The translations under genes and the position numbers were made by a program. Positions 1 through 12,664 of a stretch of DNA of 64,000 bases are shown one piece after another. The notes below the pieces were generated by a model. That model worked only from the letters and a program-made list of their open reading frames with translations, made no database searches and was not told where the DNA came from. This DNA comes from Anolis carolinensis (lineage: Eukaryota), in NCBI RefSeq assembly GCF_035594765.1, contig NC_085846.1, forward strand, positions 74,883,190 to 74,947,189, read 5' to 3'. Every line of letters starts with the position of its first letter. Position 1 is the first letter of the stretch.

Positions 1-1704
1 CTACTTTATCTCCCTGGAGGGATTAAAGTACACATATAGGCAAACATTTAATGCCTCCCTCCCATGATTCTCTCATTTCTAGCTATTAACAGGGAACTAT
101 TTATAGTTTCCATCCCATGACATTCCTAGGTGCGATGGGGCCCTTCCACTTCTGTGCCAGCAATAAAGTGACATCAGGGGATGCGATTGTCCTCCTTGAC
201 CCCCTCCATCCACTCTCTCACTTTTCCCAAGCTGTTTTCCCTTTATATTATATTTATATTTGCCCCTTTTCTGTTTTTAAATGCTGGAATTATACAATTA
301 TGCTAAAACTAAAAAAATTAAGGAACATCAGTAGTAGAGGAAGGCAAGGTTTCAAGGATGTGCAGAAGTATTGATTTTTAAATTTGACTTTTTGTAATGT
401 GTTTTTTTTTTATCTTATCTGATGTTATCATTGTTTAATATGTGATGGAATTTTACCTCTATGTGTTAGGGCACTTTCACTAATGTGCAATTTCACTAAT
501 GATAAGAGGTGCAATAATGAAGATGCTTAACTCTGTTTGTATCTTCTATCAATAATAACAAAGCTATACTGAAATAGCGAATTGTGTGATAAAGTCCTAA
601 AAAACCTGAAAGCCATTTCTTGTAGGAGAGATGCCTTTAGAATTGCCAGCCTGCACTGCCAAATGGAAAAGGAAGAGATATGGCTTTGTCAGTTTGTCAG
701 TCAGCATTGTGGTTGTTCTGGTACTTGACTGCAAGCCTGATCAAAAAAGATGACTCCACTGAGGGTTCATAACAGAAACTATCCATATATGTGCACAGAC
801 TATGATGTGATTGCTGAGTGTTCTGGGTGTTACTCAACCAAATGTCTCCCATTTTGTGTTAAAAGTGAGTTTTTGTTGGATGTGGGAAAGCAGCATGATC
901 TTTTAACCCCAGGAACCAGTTACATTTTTTCAAACTTGCAAGGTGTTGCTCATTATCACATGAAGAAAGGATGAAATTTTGTGCCATTGTTAGCAATAAA
1001 AATTGAGCATACATTTAAAAATGTATGTTTAATGGATCAAAAGAAGGTCACCAGGCTTTCTTCACAGTGTAGCGATAAGCAGTAGTATGCACTGACCCTG
1101 CTACATATAGTTATAAGAAAAGAAAAAAAAGGCCTGGAGCAAATTTCCTAGCTGTAAATTTATATCAAAATCATGCTAATTAGTATTTATAAATATTTAA
1201 GGATCAGTCATAAAACTTATGCACACTATAACTGTCTGCAAGTACTCTGGTCCACTAAAATATACAGGTAACTGTGTCGATGATATCAGATCCTTAAAGA
1301 TGAATAAATATTAATTAAATTATTTCATGGGGTAATTAGGCAACTAAGTAGTGTAGGTCATTCATTTCAGTCACCTTGGTTTTCATAAGTTTGTGTGTAA
1401 AAGTCAGAAAATATGGCCCATACCTCCAATCTGTGAAGAGGTGCCAAATGACCTTCTCTCGAGCCATTAAATGTATTCCTTCTTAACAGAGAATTAATCT
1501 GTTCATTTCTAATAGTGCTATAAAATTCATATGCTAGTGGATATATTAATGGCTTGGATTTTCCTACTGACATGCCTATACTGAAAAAAATCCCATTTAT
1601 TTTAATGAAACTGAGACTAGATTTGATAAAAACAATGTAGGCCAAAATCTTTGTTTATGTGAAGAAAAACTGAAGTGGCCTGCATGGGATGTCATTAAAC
1701 ACAT

Positions 1705-2031
1705 CCTCCGGTGGCTCGGTGTGTTAAAGCGCTGAGCTGCTGAACTTGCAGACCGAAAGGTCCCAGGTTCAAATCTGGGGAGTGGAGTGAGCTCCCGCTG
1801 TTAGCTCCAGCTTCTGCCAACCTAGCAGTTTGAAAACATGCAATGTGAGTAGATCAATGGGTACCATTCCGGTGGGAAGGCAACGGCATTTCATGCAGTC
1901 ATGCCGGCCACATGACCTTGGAGGGGTCTACGGACAACGCTGGCTCTTCAGCTTAGAAATGGAGATGAGCACCAACCCCCAGAGTCAGACACGACTGGAC
2001 TTAACGTCAGGGGAAACCTTTACATTTACCT
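1705..2031 (+). mobile_element. Sauria SINE, near full length
   Basis: tRNA-like head (GGTGGCTCGGTGTGTTAAAG...GGTTCAAATC), core AACCTAGCAGTTTGAAAACATGCA, tail GGGGAAACCTTTACATTTACCT; matches several other copies in the window. Confidence 0.9.
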
Positions 2032-2357
2032 ATGTGTATTATGTGTAATGTGTACACATAGGTAATATGTGTATGTGTAAAGTGGATTGTTATTATAGTC
2101 ACTGGACATTTATGCACACCCATCTACTCATCTCCCAAATTTAAATTCTGGAAAGTTTCCTTTTCTTCAGTATATATTTCCTGTGCAGAACTGCTGCTGT
2201 CTGTATATTCACTTTTTAAAATATTTATAGTATGAATCCCATGTCTATGGGGGATGTGTTCCCAGTCTTCATGTGGAACTGTATTCTTTTCAATGGGATT
2301 AATGATGGAGGTAGCACAAAAATATGAAGTTTAAATAGGAGGCCTTAAGTAAATAAG

Positions 2358-3264
2358 GTTTTTTGTGTGTGTCAGGAGTGGAGAAACTGTAAGTCACTTC
2401 TGGCATAAGAGAATTGGCCGTCTGCAAGGATGTTGTCCAGGGGGCGCCCGAATGTGTTGATGTTTTTACCATCCTTGTGGGAGGCTTCTCTCCTATCCCC
2501 GCATGGAGCTGGAGCTGATAGAGCAGGCATGGGCAAACTTTTTTGCCTTGGGTTTGCCCATTGTGAGGCGAACTGGAAAGGCCAGGAAAGAAGGTAGCCA
2601 GGCACACGCTGGGTGGGATAGACCTGGGAATGGGAGGGCCTGGGAGAGGGCAGGGCCTGGAGTGGGGTAGGTCATTCTCAGGTTATCCTCCTGGCATAAG
2701 GGCGGGGTGCTCATCCCATCCTAATGCCGGGAGGAAAAAAAAGACATGTGGTTGCTGCTCCGATCCTCCTTCCCAATACTCTTCCCTCTATCTTTGGGCT
2801 GTTCTCTCAGCATTATGCTAGGGAGGGTGAGACAGGTGACATCCGAGAGTGCTCTGGAGAGCTCTCAACCACTGCATGCCTTCCTCAAGCCATCCTTCCT
2901 GCATAAGGACAGGCTGCTCACATTGTCCTTATGCCACGAGGTGAGACACGCAGTGGCTGAGAGCACTCCCAAGGGCTCTCCACTGCTGCGTGCCTTCCTC
3001 CTCCATCCTTTCTGCATAAAGATGTGGCAGGCTGCTGTGGCTTTATGCCAAGAGGCAGGGAAAATGGGGAGGGGCCTGAGGTAAGCACCTAAGGGGGCGC
3101 ATCTGACCCCTGGGTCTTAGTTTGCCCATGCCTGTGATAGAGGGAGCTCATCTGCACTCTCCCCAGATTGGATTTGAAACAGCAACCTTCAGGTCAGCAA
3201 CCCAACCTTCAAGTCACCAGTCCTGCCAGCACAAGGGTTTAACCCATGTGCCACCAGGGGCTCC
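2358..3264 (-). mobile_element. tRNA-derived SINE (second family, Vingi-like 3' end), interrupted by a hAT MITE
   Basis: Homologous to copies at 16582, 21486 and 38417; 12-bp TSD TAAGTAAATAAG at 2346-2357 and 3265-3276. Confidence 0.88.
2524..3134. mobile_element. Non-autonomous hAT DNA transposon (611 bp)
   Basis: Perfect 16-bp TIRs CAGGCATGGGCAAACT / AGTTTGCCCATGCCTG; 8-bp TSD TGATAGAG at 2516-2523 and 3135-3142. Confidence 0.93.
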
Positions 3265-3389
3265 TAAGTAAATAAGTGACACAATGGATAAGTGAAATTG
3301 TGTATGTCAGTTCAATCTGTGCTTTTAATATATTTACATATTTCTTTTACATAACCCATATCCTTTTGAAGAGGGTTAAGATAATGTGA

Positions 3390-3850
3390 GGGACCCAGCG
3401 TGTTGTAGTGATCCAAGGGTTGCACTAGGCCTGGGCTGTGGTGCAGGCTGGTGAGCAGCCAGCTGCAGCCAGCTAAGACCAATCACTCTGACCAAGAGGT
3501 CATGAGTTCGAGGCCAGCTCGGAGCCTGCGTTTGTCTTTGTCTTTGTTCTATGTCAAGGCATTGAATGTTTGCCTTATATGTGTAATGTGATCCGCCCTG
3601 AGTCCCCTTCGGGGTGAGAAGGGCGGAATATAAATACTGTAAATAAATAAATAAATAAATATTCCTATGGAGAACAGGGTTGGAATCCTCACTCAGTCAT
3701 GGAAACCACTGTGTGATCTTGTGCAAGTCACACCCTCTCAGCCTCAGAGGAAGGCAATAGCAAGCTCTTCTGAACAAATCTTGCCACAAAAAACTCTGTG
3801 ATGGGTCCGGTCTGTCTTAGGGTCACCATAGTTGAAGTCACACAAAGATA
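3390..3850 (+). mobile_element. Older tRNA-derived SINE (third family), interrupted at 3431-3660
   Basis: Shares GGAGA..AGG.TT..AATCC, GTGATCTTG..CAA.TCACAC and CTTAGGGT segments with the copy at 56478-56705. Confidence 0.65.
3431..3660 (+). mobile_element. SINE with L2-type 3' tail (short variant)
   Basis: tRNA-like head with GAGTTCGAGGCC; tail CCGCCCTGAGTCCCCTTCGGGGTGAGAAGGGCGG followed by (TAAA)n; head and tail shared with 58022-58498. Confidence 0.8.
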
Positions 3851-4936
3851 GCAACAATTATAATAAAGTAATGTAAACAAATATGTGCAAAATCACTACC
3901 AAAAGCAGTACAAAAGGCACTATCAAACTGCAATTGCTAGGAGAGACTATTAAACCCCTCTTCCTTTACAAGACCATTCCAATCTGAGCCAGAATCCCCT
4001 GAGCTTAGGAAGCTACGCTCCATGCATTTAACATAATGTGTTGTTTGATCCTCATGCCAATTCAATGTAGCAGCTTGAATGTAGCACTAGTAATTGCATC
4101 CTCTATTTTTGTCTCAAATATTCTAATATCCAAATGCAGGAGAATGTGTGGTGTTTTATTTTGTTAAAGGAACAGCTCTATTGGAAGCAAAAGTACATTG
4201 AAAAACAGTTAATGTAATTTACAAAGGCAGACAAAATTTCAGTTATTAATAAATGTCAGGGATGTTGAAAACCAATAAGCCACCTGACACAACCCTACCA
4301 GATAAAAATATTGCACATTTTCAGAAAGCCATCGACGGTAAGCAAATAATCATCCCTAAGGAAGTTCTTTTAAATTTTGGGAATAATAAATGAAAAGTAA
4401 CAAAAGAAAAAACATGAAAATGTCACATTGTTTATACTGCACACCTATGTATTTGTACTATAACTCAAGGTAGACTTTTGCATGTGATGAAGTGAACTGT
4501 AGTCACAAAAACCTACTACATTATACATTTATTATACATCAATGTGACACAAGACACAAGACATTTTTTTTCATATCCACAGATTACTATGTTTAATCCT
4601 CTGCAAATCATTAAAAGCATTGTTACTTATGAATGAGAGTATATAAAACAGAATTAGAGACCTATCTCTTCAGGCAGGCCTATCCAGTCTATTTTAACTA
4701 ATGAATTTTTACTTACATTTTATGTTGTACCTATGTGTTTTCACTGTGTTGCACCCTGCCTCGAGCCTTTAGGATTGTAACAAGTTGTTGCTGTTGTTGT
4801 TTATATAACAATAACTTTGATTAGCGTTTACAACAAAACTGAAAGAATATGTGAATCTGTACATTGCATCGCCTATAAATAGAATACATAGATTCACATT
4901 GAAATGAAATCAGCTTAATGTCCAGCAGAGCTTATA

Positions 4937-5263
4937 AGGGTAAAGGTTTTCTCCTGACATTAAGTCTAGTCATGTTCGATTCTGGGGGTTGGTGCTCATC
5001 TCCATTTTTAAGATGAAGAGCTGGCATTGTCTGAAGACACCTCCAAGGTCATGTGGCTGGCATGACTGCATGGAGCACCGTTATCTTCCTGCTGGAGCGG
5101 TACCTACTGATCTAATCACATTTGCATGTTTTCAAACTGGTAGGTTAGCAGAAGCTGGGGCTAACAGCAGGAGCTCACCCAACTCCCCGGATTTGAACTG
5201 CCAACCTTTCGGTCAGCAAGTTCAGAAGCTCAGCAGTTTAACCCGCTGTGCAACCGGGAGCTG
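4937..5263 (-). mobile_element. Sauria SINE, full length
   Basis: Reverse complement of the 1705 copy; 15-bp TSD CCAGCAGAGCTTATA at 4922-4936 and 5264-5278. Confidence 0.93.
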
Positions 5264-8134
5264 CCAGCAGAGCTTATAGTGTACTTAATAGTTGCTCTAG
5301 CTGGCTTCAGTCTATCAGTTGGGAGCAAATTAACATATAAATCCAATAAATGAAATATGCAGCCAAAGCAGCAACAACCAATACAAAGCCATAGGAACAA
5401 TAGCCCATCAAGTAAGGAATGTGTTTCTGCCACTGATAAAGCGATCTCGACAAACATGAAAAATAGTCAAGCTGATAAAAAAGGGTGAATCTTGAGCAAT
5501 AATTTAAAAACTTTGAGTCTTAAGATATATTCCTGAGGCAACAGGCAGCTTTAAATAGTACCAATTACCCATTTGGAACACTGGAGAAAGAGACAATTGT
5601 TTTTGTAGAAAACTATCTGAAGATAAAGTGCACCTTAAAGGGCTCTTCATGTAGAGCTACATCCACTCGCATTCTGACAAATCACCCTGTGAGAAAAACT
5701 GGAACGTTGGTAATTTTTGCTGGGGTAATATAGTGGAGAGAAGGGGAAGCCAGGCAGCCAGCTGAACAAAAAGAAGAGTTGGACCAGATTTGTTGAACAC
5801 ATGGTGAAAAAAAAATCTTCAAAAAGGATACAGTAAGACACCCGGGTTGTAATCCTGCACACAATTCAGCTGCATCTTTCTTTTTCACATTGTCTTTGAC
5901 AGGATGTAATTTGTAGATTTGATTTGCAGCACAATCACATCTGCTGTAGCAGGAAAGTCCCTTTGTCAAAGATTGCAAGTTCTAAAAGTGGAGGAGCAAT
6001 AGATTCAGTTATTTTTATTAGGTCTACAGCTCTTGTTGCCAAAATGTGCAGTCAAGGAGAACGGACTAGTTAGAGGGATACTTTTAGCCAGACTGGTATA
6101 CATGAAGTAGAGATAATAAATTTGAAAATTATCTCTAATGTGCAATGGTTACCTGAACTTTTCAATTAGGTATATTGTTTGACAATTCTTGCAACATTCC
6201 TGTAAGTCAAAGAAGACCGAGAATTACTGACAAACAACTTTTAAAATTCCCAAATCTATAGTTAAATCATATCTTTATCAGAACCAATCAGAATGCCACC
6301 AAAAATGTGAAATTTTTTGACATCTTCAGAATGCTAGGCCTCTGTGTGTGTGTGTATTTGGATTATAGCTCCCAGAATCCCTTCCAATCCTTGCTGTGTA
6401 GGCATTCTGTGAGTTCAAAAATCTTTTTTCCAAGTTCTCCATCAGAATAGCTGATAGGATAAGGTAAGATACAGAAGTGTGAAGGGAGGATGTCAGTTCA
6501 GATGTTGCAACAAGAAGATAAACAATTTAACCCGCTGTCAAATAGGAGATTGCAGGCAGACACTGGGTGTTGGCAACTGGCCTGAGGCAAACCATAGCTA
6601 AAATTAGATTTGGAACCAGCTGTTTGCTGGTTTGTGTAACAAGTTAGTGTATATATTAATTTTCAATCTTAGGAAATTGATGTTAAGAGCAAACAGAACT
6701 GCCACCTGATGCTCATTGAAAGTCCTTATTGACTGTGTTGATTGGTCTGCCCCAAATAAGACCTTTCCCCACAGAGAGTCAAAGTAATACATCTTGGTTA
6801 GTTTCAAGTACTGGGGATACAGGTCTATTCAGTGCTGTCCCATAAACAAATTAAGCCCAGATCAGTGTGATTTCACAGGAGCAACAGTTAAGTCCTATCT
6901 GGATTAAATTTGGAGACTTAAGAAGCTATGAAAGTTGCTCCACTGTATTAAAGTTGTTCAACTGTTGTGAAACTTGGCTAGCTACTTTGAAAATCAGACT
7001 AAAGCCAAGGCTAGGATTCCTGCTCTGCTGACATGGACTCCATTGGCTGCTACTGGGAGCTTGCTTATACAAGTGCGGTGCCTTTCAAAAGCATTCCATG
7101 CAGCACACAGGAAAGCCACAGAAAAGGAAACCAACCAACTGGAAATAAAACTAGGGAAGAGCAGTGTCCCATCTGATGGTTACACATGACTTATCAATTG
7201 AAAGGTATACTAAAGCACTGTGTGGGTCTTATTCATATATGGATAGCTTATGACTTTCTAGACAACTCTCATCAGCCATTGAAAGCATGGTCAAGGCTGA
7301 GAAAAGAAGAGTTGAAACACAACATCTGGAGGGCCACACGTTGTCCGCTGTACTCTAATCTGAGTCAATCTACAATAAAATCTCATTGAAATTAATGTGC
7401 CCTACATTGCCATGGCAACTGAAATTCAAAAATTAATTGAATTAATGATTTGCATATGCTGTTGCAGTACTAGTATAAGTTCATTTGCCTCTCCAGTACT
7501 TGGGGAAAACATGGACTTCTCTTTTGCTGGAGCTTTGTAGTATGTTTTTATTTGTTGTACTTTGTTTATTGCTTCGGGCCTTTGCCCCATGTTAGCCGCC
7601 CCAAGTCCCTGCGGGGAGATGGTGGCAGGATAGAAAAATAAAGTTACTTACTTACGTACTTTGTTTAGAATTTCACCACTTAGAGTTGGGGTGGGCAAAG
7701 TGTTCTGCAGGGCATTTTAAAGCTATTTTGTGCTTTCTCGTTAAAAGAAATTGCAGTATTTTGGCCCCGAAAAGGCCGGGGGACTTGGAGGGCATTTTGC
7801 TATGTTTTTAGGGTCTGCTGGGTAATTTTAAAAGAGTCTCCTTGGCATGATGCCCTCTCCAAACGCATTTGGGGTCAAACCTTTTTTCTGAGAAGCATAA
7901 ACCTCTAAAGGCCATTAAGAAGAGGTTGTTCTTTTAACAAGTGAGTTTATTGGTAATTGGGATACACAACATTTGCAGTTTTCAGATACCTTGGTGATAA
8001 ATATATTCAACATTTCAACAATCTATCTGTCTGTCTATTTATCTATCTATATCTCGATATATATGTCACCTATAGAATTTCTGAAGGTGTTGTTCATCAT
8101 GCAACTGGGTAGCACCTGGTACAGTCATCTAGAA

Positions 8135-8269
8135 CAGTGATTCTCAACCTGTGGATCCCCAGATGTTTTGGCCTTCAACTTTGAGAAATCCTAATAGCTG
8201 GTAAACAGGCTGGGATTTCTGAAAGTTGTAGGCCAAAACACCTGGGGACCTGCAGGTTGAGAACCACTG
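8135..8269. mobile_element. Palindromic hAT MITE with SPIN-like termini (135 bp)
   Basis: TIRs CAGTGATTCTCAACCTG / CAGGTTGAGAACCACTG; TSD ATCTAGAA / ATCTAGTA. Confidence 0.9.
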
Positions 8270-9114
8270 ATCTAGTACAGCAACATTAAATGAGCAAGAA
8301 TGATTTCCAGTTTTCACTTTGGCAGCCATAACTACTCATGACACACAGGATTAAGGTTACACAAATGACTAAAAGGGGACCAAAATATTAAAAAGTTATT
8401 TTCCTCCAGGCAGATGTGACCTAAAATCTTTGAACAGATAAGAAAACATATTAAAAATTGCTTAAGGAGAGGGCATTTAACAATTAAAATGAGATTTCTT
8501 GTGTACCCTCAGACTATTTCACCATTTTTATCAGCTTACAACCCATCTCTCAAGGGGCAAATAATATTTTTTTTATCTTTCAGACAATTGTGCCAGGGAG
8601 GGACATACTTTGCATTATATTAAAAAAGGAGGAGAGAGAGAATAAGACAGCTTTGGTATACTGCCTATAAAATAGTTTAGGGAGCTGCCAGAGTTCTCTG
8701 ACTGCTTTGGGGGGACTAATTCTGCAGAATGACATGCACTATAAATCTATGGGCTTGCAGGCTTCCAAGGTCTTCAATCTTTTCATTTATAAATAAGCGC
8801 ATTACATAAACAGGACTGCTTGAACCCAAAGTTTCCTGCTTGCAATAGAAAAACATATTCAATGACTGAAATTCCACTCCTGGAGTGAAGACGTTCCATT
8901 CTTGGGTTGAAGCCTTGAAACCAAGTCTATAGCAGGAGTTGGCTATGTCAACATGCTGAGATCCAAAGGCAGACATCTGGCTTGTTTTGATTTGTAAAAC
9001 CATTCCAGGACAAATATTAGATCCCCCCCCCCCACACACACACACACACACTTCTTGGAAAAGAAGGAAACCTAAACACAAGTTGCAGCTGCATCTAGAG
9101 GTCACAAGAAAATA

Positions 9115-10905
9115 AATAGACTCAGAGGAAGGAAGTTTGAAGATTGGAGGAAAGAATATTAGCAATCTAAGATATGCAGATGACACCCTATTACTAGCAG
9201 AAAATAGCAAAGGTCTGTGATGATTACTGAAGAAAGTTAAGGACAAAAGTGCAAATACAGGTTTACAGTTAACCATTAAGAAAACAAAAATACTGACCAT
9301 GGATTATTAGTATTTAAAGCAGACAATAAAGACATTAAAATAGTTCAAGATTTTCTCTAGCTTGGCTCATAGAATCATAGAATTCTAGAGTTAGAAGAGG
9401 TCACAGGGGCCTTCAAATCCAACCCCCTGCCAAGATGCAGGAAAATCACATTCAAAGCACCTCCGATAGATGGCCATCCAGCCTCTGCTTAAAGGCCTCC
9501 AAAGGAGGAGCCTCCACCACACTCCTGGGCAGAGAGTTCCACTGTCAAACAGCTTCACAGTGAGGAAGTTCTTCCTAATGTTCAGGTGGAATCTGATTTC
9601 CTGTAGTTTGAAGCTGTTGTTCTGCATCCTAGTCTCCAGGGCAGCAGAAAATAAGCTTGCTCCCTCCTCCCCATGACTTCCCCTCACTTATACATGGCTA
9701 TCATGTCTCCTCTCAGCCTTCTCTTCTGCAGGCTAAACATGCCCAGTTCTTTAAACCACTCCTCATAGGGCTTGTTCTCCAGACCCTTGATCATTTTAGC
9801 CGCCCTCCTCTAGACACATTTCAGCTTGTCAACATCAACTGTGGTGCCCAGAACTGGACACAGTATTCCAGGTGTGGTCTGACCAAGGCAGAATAGAGGG
9901 GTAGCATGACCCTAAATACTATACTCCTATTTATACAGGCCAAAATCACATTGGCTTTTTAGGCACCTCATGACATTGTTGACTCATTTTTAACTTGTTG
10001 TCCATAAGGACTCCAAGATCTTGTTCACACATACTGCTATCGAGCCAGGCGCCCCTCATTCTATATCTTTGCATTTCATTTTTTCTGCCTAAGTGGAGTA
10101 TCTTGCACTTGACCCTGCTGAACTTCATTTTGTTAGTTTTGGCCCATCTCTCTAATATGTTAAGATCATTTTGAATTCTGCTCCTGTCTTCTGGAGTATT
10201 AGCTATCCTTCACAATTTGGTGACCACATTTGCCCTCCTCCAGTCTGCTGAGACTTCTTCCATTCTCCAAGAACTCTCAAAGATGATTGTCAGTGGTTCC
10301 AAAATGACTTCTCCTAGTTCCTTCAATATTCTTGGATGTAGTTGATCTGGCCCCGGGGACTTGAATTCATTTAGAGCAGCCAGGTATTCCTACATAACTT
10401 TTTTCCCTATTTTGGGTTGGATTTCCCCTAATCCTTCATTGACTCTATGTTGCTGAGGTTCAGGATGATTTTCTTTTTGTGAGAAGACCGAGGCAAAGGA
10501 GGCATTAAGTAGTTCTGCCTTTTCCCTATCCCCTGTCAACATTATCCCATCTTTTCCTCTCAGAGGTCCTATGGCTCAAGTCAGTAATGAGAATGGAAAC
10601 TGTAGTAAAGAAATCAAAAGACTAGAAAAGACTAGACAAGACTCATAATATATTATTAACTACTAAAGTTAAGCTTGTCAATTCCACTGTATTTCTGATT
10701 TCTATGTATTGGGTATAAGTAGTGACAGCGAAGAAAGCTGATAGGCAAACAATCAACTCATTTTAAATGTGGTGCTAGAGAAGAATTCTGTGGATGCCAT
10801 GTACTGCTAAAAAGACAGATAAATGGGGCCTCAACTAAATTGAGAATGTTGTACTGAGATGACATAACTCTTTAGAAAGACAATAATGGCTGCTAAGGTA
10901 AAAGG
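9115..10905 (+). mobile_element. Degenerate RTE-clade LINE fragment (RT C-terminal part), split by a CR1 insertion
   Basis: Plus strand reads GGKNISNLRYADDTLLLAEN; after the CR1 it resumes with NGNCSKEIKR and further RTE-like sequence containing stops. Confidence 0.85.
9370..10571 (-). mobile_element. CR1 LINE, 5'-truncated and internally deleted
   Basis: ORF pieces KCKILHLGRKN...DLGVLMDNKL and FHLNIRKNFLTV; (ATTCTATG)-type tail at 9368-9385; apparent TSD TGGCTCA at 9363-9369 and 10572-10578. Confidence 0.9.
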
Positions 10906-11517
10906 CAGAATATGTATCATATACTTTCTTAATAAATACATTGATTCCAACAGGCTATCATGATTTTTTTTACTCTTTAGGCAAGTACAAATGTAGTGAT
11001 GTAAATCAAGATGTTTCTCCATAGAATTATGAAGTGCTTGATTGAGTTTTTAACAACAATCAAAGTTGCAGCAAAAGTTTTGATGATGAGCTCAAAAAGC
11101 AAATCAATCTATCAACCATATTAAACATTTAAATTTAAACATTTTAAATAACTAAGCTAGACTCTATTCAGCTCCTATTATAAAATGTATACACATGGTA
11201 TGATGAAGAGCAAACAGCTGGAACTTCTGATTGCAAATATCCATAAGGTATTATCTTTATTTATGTATTTCTCTGGAGTGATACAAAATATAACATTATT
11301 TAGTATACACTCAGTATACAAACAGGTGGCTCAAGAATGCATATTGCCTCTACTCTAGACATCTGTCATTCTTGTTATCTAGGCAAATGTCTATGTCATT
11401 AAAAATACTATTGAGGTTGCCTTTAATAGCAGGATGTTGGTATTTGTGTGGCCACCAGTGTTTTATAGCAACAGTGTTTTATAGACACATCAGTGTTTCC
11501 ATTGCCTGGACAGTGAT

Positions 11518-12664
11518 TGTTGTGACTGCGCCTTCGGGGATTATGGTTGATGGGGATGGAATTCAAAGAGGAAGAAAAAACCCTCGTGATGAGGGTTCAC
11601 TGGAGGAGTTGCGCAGGAAGCGACTTAGAGAGCTATATGGGGGATCTTCTGAGGAAGATTCAGATGGGGAGATGGATGCTGAGGAACAGGTGGTGGCTGG
11701 GGAAGCGGGCACTGAATGGGCACAGCCACCGGAGATGTCTGGGGATTTGGGGTCTATGGATACTTCTGAACCTGGGGTTTCTGCAGGAGCTGATCCCAAT
11801 TGGGATGCTTGGAGAAGGGAGGATGGTTCTTTAAGTGTTCATGGGGCTAAGTGTGGGCAGGATGATTGAGACTCCGACGAATTGCTAGGTACTCCAGATC
11901 CACGAGCTCTAGCTGTGTGGAGCTCAGACTCTGAGTAGATTTGGGACACCTGGTGTTTGGGTGTGAGTGTTTGGTCACCCAGGAGGAAGGGGAATAAAAT
12001 GGGAATGTTTGGCCACTGCACTTTGCGTGTGGCAAGGTGTTGCTGAGGCGCCATTGGGATCTCTGTGTTTCCATGAAGACTGGACTTGGACTATGATTTG
12101 AATCTGCTGTTATCACCTAGCTTGGCTCTCGCTGTGTCTTATCGTGGACCTGTTTTGGATGACTGCACCCTCTTCAGACCTTGGATCGGAATTTGACCTT
12201 GCTACTGCCTTCGCCCTGTGATTGATGACTACTATCGGCTTTTGACTCCTGGCTTGCTCTTTGGACACCGCTGTTATCTCCTGACCTGACCTTGGAATCC
12301 CGGACAATGTCTTTTCACCATCCTTTTGGAGCCTTCGGCTTTATCCACATTGTGGAAGCAGTCTACTGCATTCTTAGTTTGTTTCTTTGTTTCCTGACCA
12401 ATTTGGTGTTTTCTTTTGGGAACTGTTCCTTTGAAAACTACAGAGCCGGCTGGCAGGGCTTGGACTCAGAAAGTGCAGTTTGCACTAAGTTTGTTTAGCT
12501 TTGTTTTTACCTGCTTGTGTTGCTGAATTATATTTTTGTTTGAACTGCTCTTGAAGCACTGATAGTGAAGTGTTTCAAGGTTTTTTCTGTGTTAACATTA
12601 CTTTTTGGCTTATCTGCTGAATAAACTCTATTTTTGTTCGCTAATTGGCGTCTGACTCTTGACA
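11518..12664 (+). mobile_element. Solo LTR, Gypsy-like (1147 bp)
   Basis: TGTTGT...TGACA termini; 5-bp TSD GTGAT at 11513-11517 and 12665-12669; AATAAA at 12620-12625 near the 3' end; CpG-richer than flanks. Confidence 0.88.

Noticed and set aside
8716-9300. 194-aa minus-strand ORF
   Set aside because: Partly antisense to the RTE fragment and runs through a (CA)n/poly-C tract; no recognisable domain.
11372-11517. N-terminal part of the 165-aa ORF with a hydrophobic, signal-like stretch
   Set aside because: It lies outside the LTR boundary set by the TSD, starts at TTG, and is most simply a chance in-frame flank.
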